64,000 nt of DNA from Paragordius varius (lineage: Eukaryota; Animalia; Nematomorpha). Positions within the stretch are counted from its first letter, which is position 1. Every line of letters starts with the position of its first letter. A program made the translations under genes and the position numbers. Under the pieces are notes generated by a model. The model made no database searches. It was given only the letters and a program-made list of their open reading frames with translations, and had not been told where the DNA came from. Below, piece by piece: positions 50,601-62,492 of this stretch. The stretch covers positions 5,642,001 through 5,706,000 of the forward strand of contig OZ176051.1 in assembly GCA_964247055.1 (NCBI GenBank). Direction: 5' to 3'.

Positions 50601-52147
50601 GTTCCTACCGGTGTTAACTGTTTATTATGATATAAGTAATATTTAGAAAAAATGATGGTATACATTTCTAAGAAATAATAATTTGCAAGACATTTAATTT
50701 TGTCAAAAAAGCCTCAAAAAACTTTTGCATATACCTATAAATGCGTTATTACGCAAATATTTCACCCATATTTATAATAATAAAAATTTAGATATAGTTC
50801 TTTTGAAAAATATTATTGCTAAATATTAGATTTACAAATTATTGTAGTTCTTGTAAAAATAATATTAAAAATATTTACTTCAGTAAGACTAATGTCATAC
50901 ATATCACGTTCAAAGTATGGAGCATTATCGTTGACATCTATGATATTGAGCGATAAATCTTGTGAGATCTAACAATTTATTATGTATTAGAAAATAATAT
51001 AGCTGTTTAGATAAATAAACAGTGTATGGATTAAGTCTGACGACCGGTTAAAAATAAATGCCATGACCGTAACTGTGATCGTTTTTAAAACTGTAGAGTT
51101 TATAAATCATTTATATATCAAGTGGTAAATGTTATTAAAAATTTATTATTAATATGATAAAAAATGCACACAACATAATAAGCAATTAAAAAACGTCAAT
51201 ACCAAGCCAGACAATTATTTTTTGATCTAAGACCCTAGTTTTATAATAATAAATATTATACCATGATATTGGTGATGGAATCAATACAACGTAAAAATGG
51301 TTTATCCGTTATTCGATCAATCTATTGTGTATAAAATACAAAAAATATAGTTTACAGGTTTTTTATATAACTCCAAAAACTATTTTTGAAAATATGTCTG
51401 TAAATTCCTATTTTTAATATGTAATTATTCTGAAGGATAAAAACTGATTGAGAAAATGTAAAAATATACGTTCTTATGACGTTTATTAAAATTTTAACTA
51501 AATCTGAATTCAATACAGAACCTAAAAAATTCATATGATATTTAAAAAATATAATTTAAATATACAATATATATATTATATATAACCTCGGCATCCAAAC
51601 TTTTAAGTAAAACGAAATTGATAGCGTTGTTTGCGACATACAGCTCTATGTATGGATTCGTGTCCAAAGTTATGTTTAAATGCGTTTCGTTCAAAAATTG
51701 ACTCCCTATGCTAAAGAGTGACTTAACAACGGTGCCTAAAATTATAGAGTTTTAATTTGAAATATTTCGAAATTACTAATTATATCTTACCCAATAATAT
51801 ATTAAGTTATAGTTTTTATAATTTTTAGCTGATTTTTGAAACCAAAAATTAATATTATTATTTTTATAAATAAATTAGCAAAGAGAATTATTCATCATTA
51901 ACATGTATTTAATTTAGAGTTTTGTATATATAAAAAGGATTAAAAATTAATAAAGAAAACTTAATTGAAGGTGCAACATAATATAGATTAAAAAAATAAG
52001 CCTGTTTTTGTCTCAAAAACAAATACCAACCATATTAAAAAATAATGCTTCAGCGTGCATTATGTATAGAACAAGTTTTACCTTTGGGAAGATTTTCAGG
52101 GATGTCTATAATACGATCGATAGTGGGAATGTCGCAAGACGTGTAAC
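41614..52147 (-). CDS. PCDH15/Cad99C-related cadherin: 5 EC repeats, one TM, long cytoplasmic tail (signal-peptide exon and 3' end unresolved)
   Basis: Exons 52147-52082, 51705-51587, 51321-51262, 50968-50879, 50617-50510, 47676-47575, 47490-47365, 47275-47164, 47037-46946, 46838-46516, 46306-46216, 45795-45673, 45592-45543, 45257-45119, 44705-44551, 43406-42413, all phase-consistent. Probable further exons 42333-42293 and 41890-41614; possibly also ~41412-41136. Motifs DVNDNAPYF, ELTPVGTTIF, LDYE, DGDDKNPVF, AYDQDEG, ATQSDNLDRY, NVNDNAPIF and ATDSG. TM YLIVLGALLGFSLVFIFVLAILIA is followed by a basic stop-transfer segment KNRNRIRDK..RRRR. Confidence 0.88.
47854..50280 (+). mobile_element. Defective hAT (Buster/SPIN/GTF2IRD2-like) transposon inside a cadherin intron
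   Basis: TIRs CAGTGATACTCA and TGAGTACCACTG. Perfect TSD CTTTAAAT at 47846-47853 and 50281-50288. Frameshifted transposase pieces KRKLSDEN, YMKPFTDSQLIKECL and LQLSDSTCARRIENMS..YFSIAIDSGTD. Confidence 0.95.
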
Positions 52148-55100
52148 CTTAACACAATTTTTATATTATTTATAATGTAAAACATTATACCAATATTAAT
52201 ATTATATATTATAGATGATTGTAAATTACAAACTTTTTTAGTTTCTAAGCTAAATATATATTAATATGAATTGATTAAATATTAGGATTGAGTATCAGAA
52301 TGATGAGCTAAAACTTTATAATATATATTGTAAAAAAATTGGCATTTAAAAAAAACATGCACGTTTCATTCAGATATCCCAAATACTTTTAAACAACACA
52401 TAGTATAAAATAGTTATGGCATATTTAATAAGTATTTAAAGACCATGGCATTGCCAAATTTAAGCCAAAAAAATATGGAAATAGTCAATTCGAATTTCAA
52501 ATATGGGACCCTCAGTTTATTTTATATTTAGTTGATTATTATAAGTGAAGAGGAAAAGTTGAGTTATAATTAAATTGAGATAGGGGTTTTTTGTAATATA
52601 TTAATTTGTATTTTTTAATTTAATAATGTTTTTTGCTAAAACCCGTTTTAAACATTATAAACCAATCCCTACCTAATTTTAGTATAGTCAATAATTTTCG
52701 ATCATTTCATACATGCAAAATCAAGATAAATTGATACAAATATTTAAATATATAAATAGTCAGGTCTGTTTTTAAACAAATTTAAATTATGAAAATCATA
52801 TAATTTAGGTTGTTCTATTCCATCTTATACATCCACAAATATAAATGGATATTTTATGCATAGTGTGGGGGAAATTTCGATCCAAATATTTTGGATTATA
52901 CGCAGTGCCCAAAAGAAACTGCGCAATTTTTAATCATCACTACCAGCCCTGGTTACGTAGTCGAGTGTTAAAGCTATCACAAATCCTGATAATAAAGAAA
53001 ACAAAAAAAGAGACGCTCAACTGTATATTTTTAAGATTTTATTAATTATTAAAGAAGATTACCCGAATTTAGAGTTTACGTTTTTATAAAACTGATAATT
53101 TCTTTTAAAATATTTTTTATGCATCTAAATGACTAACTTTGCACATTAGCAAATATCAAAATACATGATTAATTACGAGCTTCAATATTAAAATTAGACA
53201 TAAAAATGTAAATGTATGTTGTAAAATAAAAATATTTTAAAAATAGTAAAGGTGAAAACTATGATATAAGTTTTTAGTATAAACAATTAGTTAACTTGAT
53301 TTTAATTTACATATGATTGATTCATTCGGTATCAGCCTAAAAAATAAAAGCTATATGAGTTATTTTATGGCAAATTATTAAATATATGTGATATAAATGG
53401 TTAATTCAAACCATATAAATAAAAATCGAATTGATATTTTTAAAATGTGTAAATATTTTATATCGTCTATGGTTTTGACCAAGTTAATATGTTTTTATTA
53501 CTAAGATTTAGAGGTTTAATACCATTTAAACGCATTATTAGCTTATAATTCTTAATCGTTTCTTGATTTCAAGAACATCTTTGTAAGAAAATAGGGTGAG
53601 ATAATTGAAAAGGGTTTGTTTCTATATCCTAAATTATCTTAAATATCGACATTACAACTTGTGGTCACACAATATTGAGTAAACATTGTTGTATTTAAAT
53701 TTTAAAAATTTAAAATTTTTTGGAGTTGGGGCAATAGTTTACCATTTTAAAACAGATTTTAACTAGTTGTATTCATAGAAATGGTTACGGTTACCATCTC
53801 AAATTTTACCCATTGTAAAATTTAGTCAACGGGTGAACACGATGCGTATTCTACCATAGATTTTAATATATTTTACTAAGAATTTTAATTGTTTTGAAAA
53901 AAGCAATATATTATTAAAATTCTTAAACATCAATATACCTTTAATAATTGGCACAATATTAGCCAATAACCATATGTAGGGATAAAGGAATTTCCAAGAA
54001 TTTTTCCGTAAAATAGTATGCGAATTGGTAGTTTTGAAAGATTTCAGCATAGTAAGATTTAGGATATTAATGCGCAATATTTTCTTCGTTGAATATTAAT
54101 TATTTAGCTATTTTTACATATTTTTGTCATTAATATTAATATTTAAAATGTTTCGTCATTTCCGCTGGAGTTAAAGGTTTATCACTGATACAATCAACAG
54201 GTTAAACAAACTAATGATGTTTTCGGAAAAACGCGTTGAATTTATAAACACTATTTTATCACGTAGGTAGGTGGGTAGAGGTTAATAGGTGGTATTGTCA
54301 AATATTTTTTTGGGATTTTTCAGAATTTATGTAACAGATTGTTGATTAAAATAACTTGAATGAATTTATCAATATCTATCCAGGTTATGGTGATGAGAAT
54401 ATATTTAATTTCTTTATTATATATTATTAAACAGTTTTCTTTATATTTTCCACGCACATCATACATATATGAAATACCTTAAAGTTTTCTATCAGTTTTT
54501 ATAATCTTGATTATTCAATTTAATTTTCAATGATTTGTTTTTAATGATTGCCGTTAAACTTGAGATAATTTTTGATTCATTTCTTCTCTGATGTTAAATA
54601 TATAGAGATAAAAAATAAAATAGAGATGCGTATAAAAAGAATATTTTTTGTTTTAAAAAATGTATGAAAATCTCAGAATAATCGATATTTCGTTAGGATA
54701 TACGTGTATTCAATAGATAAAATAGATATTTTTTTACCTGTGTGTCTAATTGCTTTTAAAAATTTTATTTTGCTAAAAGTGTATTGTAAAAGTCTGGAAA
54801 ATGTTATATTTTTTAATTTTTTTTGAATCCTTATAGAAAATAATAAATTTAATAAAATTATTTTAGTGTGTAAGAAGGTCATTTTTTTTATTTTTAAATT
54901 TTATTATTTTCACAATGACATAATTATAAAATGTCTTTATAAAATATATTTCATGTTTTGCATCAAACATAATTTTATTGTAAATATAATTACAGGTTTC
55001 GGAGACAAAGAGATGCGCATTGAAATATGATATATGTATATATATATATATATAAAAAATAAATTATTATTATAATCATTTTAAAACCAAATTGTGAAAT

Positions 55101-55678
55101 TTGTCGATGTATATTATTATACGTTAAAATATTTAAATTAAAAATACTATTTAAAGCTTATTTGGGTATCTAAAATTAGCGTTATATATTGTTTATATTC
55201 AAGGACGGAAAATTTACCCTTGATAGAAATGGATATGCCTATAATAAAGGCCAAATAGGGGAGTGTTAAATGTAACACATGCGTTCATCTGTTTAGGATT
55301 AATTAAAAAACACACCGGGTAAAAAATATTTTTGGGATTTGAGCCCGAAAAATAAATAGGGTCTGTCATCAAAGTGACGATCAATTGTACCATAGTTCAA
55401 TCAAAGATACGGTATTATCAACCATTTCCTAAAAGACTAAATAACTCATTTGATAATTGAGGGTTTACCGATAATTTTAGTTTTAGCAAGGATACGAATA
55501 AATATATAAGCATAGACCTAATAATAAAAGGCCATTTATTAATTTAATAAAGGGGTTGAATCAATGTTAAACACAAAAGATTCTTCTTACAAAACCATAT
55601 TTGACAAGCCCGGAAACCACAAAAATGAGTAACCAAAGCTATTGAATAAAGAGCTCTGTTTTGATTGGAGATTATATC

Positions 55679-56200
55679 TAACACTTCGAGACCTTTTCAC
55701 TTTTTTTCCGCGATGATATATTGAAGTAGTTTTATATCCCTGAGCTCAAACTTGTAAATAAACTACTGTTTTGATTATTTTAGTTAAAATTTAATTATCT
55801 AACATTGTTTTCCTGTATTAGATATAAAAGATTATATTTTACTGTTTTGTGACTCCTAGAGTCTAAAATTGGGGACAGCTCTAAAACACGATTGAACTAA
55901 ACAGCTGATTTTAAAATCGATATTATCAACTTTTTCTGGTAAATTCCAACCTGAAAGCTTACTAAAGTTAATTCTTGGCATTTTCTAAGCTTAATATACT
56001 TGTATTTGCCCCTTGTATTAACCATTTAAAAAATTTACGAAAATATGGCCGTAAAAAGACAATTTTACATATAAAAAATGTTTTTTTATATTGTGCGCTT
56101 AAAAGGCCAAAGAAAGCATATTTTAAAATTCGGCCGGCCTCATACTTTAAATTTTAAAGATATTCAAATTTCAAATCGCTAGGATATAACACTACCCCAA
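55679..56200 (-). mobile_element. MITE-like family, copy E
   Basis: TAACAC...GAAGTAGTTTTTATATCCC at the left, AAAAGGCCAAAGAAAGCATATTTT internally, and GGATATAACACTACCCCAAAA at the right. Confidence 0.6.
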
Positions 56201-59017
56201 AAATAATTTGTAGTTACATCTTGCTACTCCTACATATATTTTTGGCTGAACATAATTGAATTTTAAAGCTTAAATATCACATGGCATTTTATCAACACCG
56301 ATGATATCAATTTTATTTTTGAGCGATCACATATCGATCTGAGGTCTAAAGCGAACGAAATTTCCTGAGTCAAACCAATAGCTGGTTAGATCTTACTAAA
56401 TGATAGAAATAATTTAAAGATTTATCTTTGATTGGTTTAAATTATATTCGCGTGTTTAATTTGTATATTACGAAGATGTTTTTCTATTTACTCCATAAAC
56501 ATTTTATCCATATTACAAGCTCTGATTTAATTTTATTAATACATTAACATCTACCCTAAATAAAATCTATAATACTTATAAAATATTTGTGTTCAGATAG
56601 GCCAAAAAATTTTATACAATTATTATAAGAATTAAGTATGTGTTAAAAACAACAAACATTTAAATTTTCAATTAAGAAATAAATACCCAAGGAAAATAAC
56701 ATGGAGCAAATAAAGATAGTACTCAGAAATAATTTGGGCCCCCCTCCTCCCAAATAAGTCAATAAAAATTGATAGTTATAAAAAATTTCTATATATTGCC
56801 TTTTGAACGAAAGGGATGATGGGTGAAATGCATTAGGTAGAAATAATTACCAAAAAGTTATTGAAATAGCCAAAAAATTATTAAAATAAAATAGTTTTAA
56901 ATTAAAGTAACTTAGCAAAACAGAAAATTATTTTTGATATTTACCTCAATCAGAATACATTTTGATTTTTTACATAATTTAAGCGATAAACAATTTTTTG
57001 TATTTAATCATGGGAATACGATCACCGTTTTGCTAAATACAAGTATGCTTTTCATACAGGTAGAATAAGGTACATGTAGGTTGATTATATATAAAATATA
57101 TGTTTTCTGTACTCAAAAAAATATGAAATGCATGCGTATACATATCAGGTACCAAATCGCACTGTTTTTAATCCAATATTTTCAATGTGGAATACTAATA
57201 CTAACTAAAAGTACAAAAATATAAAATACGTATATCAGGGTTAATTCCAGTATAATTTCATAGGTTTATAGTGTTTACAAAAGTTCTTTCTCAGCTTATG
57301 TATTGGCAGTAAATTAATTTTCCTAAAAATTTATGCCTTCAACAAAATATGTTTGCAAATGGAAAACATTTTGAGACAATTTCACTTTTTATGAAAAAAA
57401 TTAATTACTTATTTATGAACTAAATCCAGTAAAAAATGTAATATATAGGACATTGTTGTGACTTACATATGCAGGTAATCCATGCTTACGGCATACAATG
57501 TTCCACAAAATAAAATATTTTGTCTATAAAAAATATATTGTTAATGCATCACTTTTTATCAAATATTTCAAAAATATATCATATTGAAAATTCAATTTTT
57601 TAGTAAAATTCAAACATATTTGAATTTTTAGAATGAAAATAGGTAGGTGCGCACTTAAAGTTTACCCAGTGCACAGGTAGGAGAAATGGAAAATTGGACA
57701 AAAATCAATAAAATTTAAATGGTTATGTTTAATGGTAATATAAATAAATATACATTGTATGCATGCAAATTTAGTAAATTCAGGAATTACAGTAGGAATA
57801 TATTTTTGCCTAAATTCTTTTCAAATTAAAAAGATATTATTGATATAGTGAACACAACAATATACATAAAGAGTGTTTATCCATAAAATCTCAATAAATA
57901 GTTAAATTTTATCAAATAATTATGGCACTTTTATTGTTTAAGCCAGGGGGTCCAACATGTGACTTTCCAAAAAAAATAAGGGCACCGCGAAAGATTTTAG
58001 AAACACTAAATTACATTTTATAAAATAAAACTGAAAAACTTATCAATTAATTGAAAATTATATCTATTTTGTAATATATTTTGCATAACACCATAAATTG
58101 ATAAAGGGTTATTTTGAGGCCGTATTTATATATATATACCACATATTACCCTTGGATTGGATTACGCAAAGTACTATGATTTTTTAAGGTAAGAATTATC
58201 ATTCATTCAAAATTTATATAGACAAAAACTGTATATAGATTCAAATTTGTTATTGAACACAAACTTAGCTTTCTGATTTAATATCGGCAAATTTGAATTT
58301 TGCCAACGTAATATTTAAAATAATTAGTGGATATATTGTGGTAGTAAATTTTTTTCCATTCCCATGACTGGAATATAATAAAATATTTATTGATGTTCAT
58401 TTGCTATATTGTTATCACCGCCCGGCGATTTTTTTGGGCTGAAAATATCGCTTTAATATTTTTACATGGCATTTTCAAAATCAACGCATTTCTAGATTAT
58501 AAAAGTCATCCTCGATAAAGGAATTAGGCTTTAGTCATATTTTTACTGTATTTTAATTTTTATTAAAATTGTTTCGAATTTTATAAATTAAAGAAATGAT
58601 TTTTTTAAAATATCCAATTTTCAGACATATATATATTATATTGTTGATGAAATCCATTAAGGATAATTGATTTGATAAGTATAAACACTCGTCCTAATAA
58701 ATCTGTCCATTATGTCTCAGTTAAGATTATAAATAAATAATTTGTGTGTTGTGTCTACTCTATATAATTATCTAATAGGAGTCAATGACTGCAACAAAAT
58801 AGGATGAGCATTCCAAGGTCGTCATTTCTTAACACTAGCTAGGTGGGGAAATAGATTAACTTAACAATTCTAATTTGGTTTTTGAAATTAAATAATTTAC
58901 ATATAATATTTTTATGTCTAATTATATCAATATTTTAAGTCATAATTATGACATATTATTAAAGATGGCTTTAAACAAACAAAAATTCTAGTTAAATAAA
59001 TTTTCCATTTTCCACAT

Positions 59018-60095
59018 AGGTGTAGTTAGAGTTAAACTACGAATAGACGGAAATATAGCAGCCGATTAATTTGGCACATTTGTTCATTTGAAAAACAATC
59101 ACCCACAAATTGAGTTCGCAAAAACTAGTCTCTTAATTTTATTAATCAGCAATCATGTCGAAATTTGCGCTTGAAAAAGATTTGCGGCACATGTGCCTTT
59201 TCTTATTTCATCCGGAAAAAATGTTGTTCTACGATATCGTTTGCTGGTTGAGCCTGGTGAATATGCTCTATCGATTAAAAAATACAAAAAAATGATTTTG
59301 TAAAAAAAAGTGCTAATTTGAATATTAAAGAGAGTGGGTTGTTTGGTATTATATCCCACAACTGCGAAGGCAAACTATTTGATAATGACCCAATTCAAAC
59401 TCAATGGTAATTGACAAAAGCATTTCATGTATCACAAAAAACAATCAGTAAGCGTTTAATAGCAATAGGAAATACCAATAAACTCGTAAATGGGTCCAAC
59501 ATAATTCGAACGTAAATCATAAACTGACTTGTGAAATTTTGATTTAAGGACACGAAAGGAATTTTTTTGCATCGAATTGGGGCATTTGATGAGTTAATTT
59601 TAAGCCTAAAAGTGAAACATCTTATCACCTTGTAAAACTAATCCATCCACACCAAATCAAATCGCTTTAGTCAGACGACTACCCGTAAAGTGACGGTATG
59701 TGTCCCCTGAAACTATTATTACAAAATGTTATCGCCAACAAATACTTATTGCGATAGAAATGACCCATAAAACATGACAAAGTGATTCCTATACATGACT
59801 ATTCATCTCATACAACAAAACCAGTGAACTCTGATATCGCTTCGATGGAAGAATCTTTTGCATTCACTAAAATTTTCTGATTTGCATAAATGGTCCCATC
59901 TAGAGCTGCACTTCATTAATAAAATGGCTAGACGAATATATTGCCGCAAAAACAACCAGATTTTCTGGCATGGCCATCAATCATTACTTTGGAGATACAC
60001 CAAATATGTAAAAGCCGATGTACAATATTTTAAATAAAATAAATTGCCTACAAAATTACGTTACCAAACGTGCAACTTTACTACAGATACAAATA
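59018..60095 (+). mobile_element. Decayed mariner (Mos1-like) transposon
   Basis: Broken frame 59155-60037: MSKFALEKDLRHMCLFLFH, RLLVE.GEYALSIK, DNDPIQTQ.*LTKAFHVSQKTISKRL, KWVQH, HDKVIPIHD..SHTTKPV, KWLDEYIAAK and IFWHG..SL..RY.KYVKADVQYFK*. The order is colinear with Mos1-type transposases. TIR remnants only; the YSPDL region is partly deleted. Confidence 0.85.
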
Positions 60096-60217
60096 TAAAA
60101 ATATAAGTCATTTATTAAAGTAATGTGCGTCATAAATAATTCCATTTCCTTGTATTACGTTGCCCCTCCTCGCACACACATGCAATCCAATCAGTATGAT
60201 TTAATTGAATGACTATT

Positions 60218-62407
60218 TTAAAAGACAGCTAATAGAGCAAATATGCCATATAACAAAGCACAAGGGTATATAATAAGTATTTGTTGATTATCCATTTTTA
60301 AGGCATCCACAAACATACGTGATGCTGATATTGCACACCACATTATGGCTGAAAATACGAAGATTGTCCCAGTGAAACCACTATATTATATAAAATATGT
60401 ATATAAATTTCTAAATTTAATTATGAGTAAAAATAATAAAATATTTTTATTGATAAGTAGATGGGGTTTCAAGCAATTTAAACAATTTAAAATTTAGGGT
60501 TTTATATTTAGAAACCTAAAAGCACCATGACATAAACTACAAAGTGCAAATCTTGAGACCCAAAATAAATTTGAATTTATGGGACGCTAGTAATATTGAT
60601 AGCGTTATTATCGGTTAAAATAGTCAAATATTTAATTTAATAAAATTTTCATGAGTTAATATGGTATAATTTTAAAATTATTTGAGTTTTGCAATATTCC
60701 AACATTAATTAAAATATGCCGGTATTGTATCAGCTTATAACAAAAGAATGCACTTTGGGTAATTAATGTATATTTGTGTTTAAAAGATATGAGCGAGCTT
60801 TTTTTGATTAGCAGCTGTTATATATTTTCAAAATACAGAAAACATCCAATATAAAGAGCAATATTTTAACCCATATTAATATAATTCCAGCAACAGATTT
60901 GTAATTAAAACGATTAAATTGCAACATGTTAAATTATTTAAAATCAATGTAAAGTAAAATTATTTTATTTTAAAATTTGGAATTTCTCTTGAAAAATATA
61001 ATTATGATAATAAAACCTCGTATAAATATCCTAATAAAATACACATTTAATAAATAATTATTGTTACAATGTTTTTGCGTTAAATCATTTTTTTATTTAA
61101 TCGAAACTGATTTAAAGCTGTATTTGGGAAAAGCAAATATTTTTTTTAATAAAGTTTAAAAGTAAATTACTCACATGGTTTTAAAAACTCGCAAACAGTG
61201 ATTAATTGATAAATTTATATATTATGGAGTAAAAGATTTTTTGGAAAACTAATCAGGGGTTGAATAAAAACGGCTGGCCGTATTTTCGGATTAAAGTCGC
61301 ATTTAAATATATGGACATTATAATATTTTATTAAATTTTATCCCTAAAACTGTAAAATTACTATTTAATACAACAAGTTAAGCTAGCTCTTTGCTAAAAT
61401 TCGGGAAGATTTATTCGATAAATTTGTTTATGAATTCATTGAGATTTGATAAAGTTTTGTATTAAAAATTTCTAGCGGGCTGCAAAGATATTTCAGGAAT
61501 CGAATGTGGTCAGCGTGTTGGAGAGGCGTGTTTTAATTATATCTAGCTTAATTCGGTTTAGATTACTTTAAATAATATTTTATGAAATTGTAAAATTATA
61601 GATTGTTTCTCCATATTATCTAACATATAGCCTAATTTTAACTAATTATATAATTTTTAAAATATTTGAATCAGGTTTATAAATTTTTTTGATAAACCTT
61701 AAAGTTAGGAAGGTGGATAAAATTGATAGTATAATAATGGGTAATAAACTATAGCCCAATACGCTCATTATACATGTGAAGGAAACGGAAAGTTGACTCA
61801 TGAGATTCAAAAGACAATATATGCCAACACATCCTAAACCGCTGATACCGTAAATGTAGCCAAAATGAACTTTTCCGGACTAAAATTTAGGGACATAAAG
61901 TACCATGAGAAGGCTAAATCCAAAAAGCAAACAAAAAAAGAGTGGACCAGTAAGATCGTTTTCCGTATACATTTGATTGTTGTTCTTTTTAAATGGGTTG
62001 AGCACTGAAAGCGTCTAAATATATGATTATATATAAACTCTTACCTTTGATTTAATATTAGTAAAATTTACACCCAATTCTATTACATTTTAGAATAAAT
62101 TATAACCTTCTAATAATGGAATCGAATCGTCATCATCCGTTGAGGTATTGGTATTTGTTGATGATGGGTTAAAAATTTGTCCTTGATAATCATAATGTGA
62201 ATTATTATTTTGGGCATTTGGTGATGTGTAATCAAAAGATTGAAATTGCCTATTTATATGTAAAAAATATTAAAATCCAATTATAATAAATTACAAATAA
62301 ATATATTAATACATATCATAATTAGCTGGATTATAAATTGTCGTTGGAAACGGAACAGAATTCGTTGATTGATTCATAGGATACCAAAAATCCTTATTTT
62401 CTGTCAT
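60218..62407 (-). CDS. YIPF5: Yip1 domain family member 5 (ER-Golgi trafficking), 242 aa, 6 exons
   Basis: Exons 62407-62313, 62249-62107, 62079-62045, 62014-61904, 61879-61698, 60380-60218 (729 nt). Motifs [48 protein letters not shown] and C-terminal [22 protein letters not shown]. Confidence 0.95.
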
Positions 62408-62492
62408 ATTATTTAAAAAACACGCGGATTCGATCACGCTTTAACCTTTTGCTTTTCGGTTTCTTTCTCTAATTTATTTTTATACGTTGCAC
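62408..62492. promoter_or_regulatory. Putative bidirectional promoter / shared 5' region
   Basis: Only 85 nt separate two divergent ATGs (62407 on minus, 62493 on plus). The interval contains a CpG-rich patch CACGCGGATTCGATCACGC in otherwise AT-rich DNA. Confidence 0.55.

Noticed and set aside
55218-55315. Candidate cadherin signal-peptide exon (LTLPYLAFIIGISISIK-G, phase-1 donor at 55217) preceded by a 27-nt GT-AG segment (55289-55315)
   Set aside because: The hydrophobic frame has no ATG and has a TGA just upstream. The ATG-containing frames are in the wrong phase or stop. It would need an indel error, so it was not included in the model.
57944-57965. Isolated hAT-like terminus CAGGGGGTCCAACATG
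   Set aside because: No matching second end or TSD found nearby.
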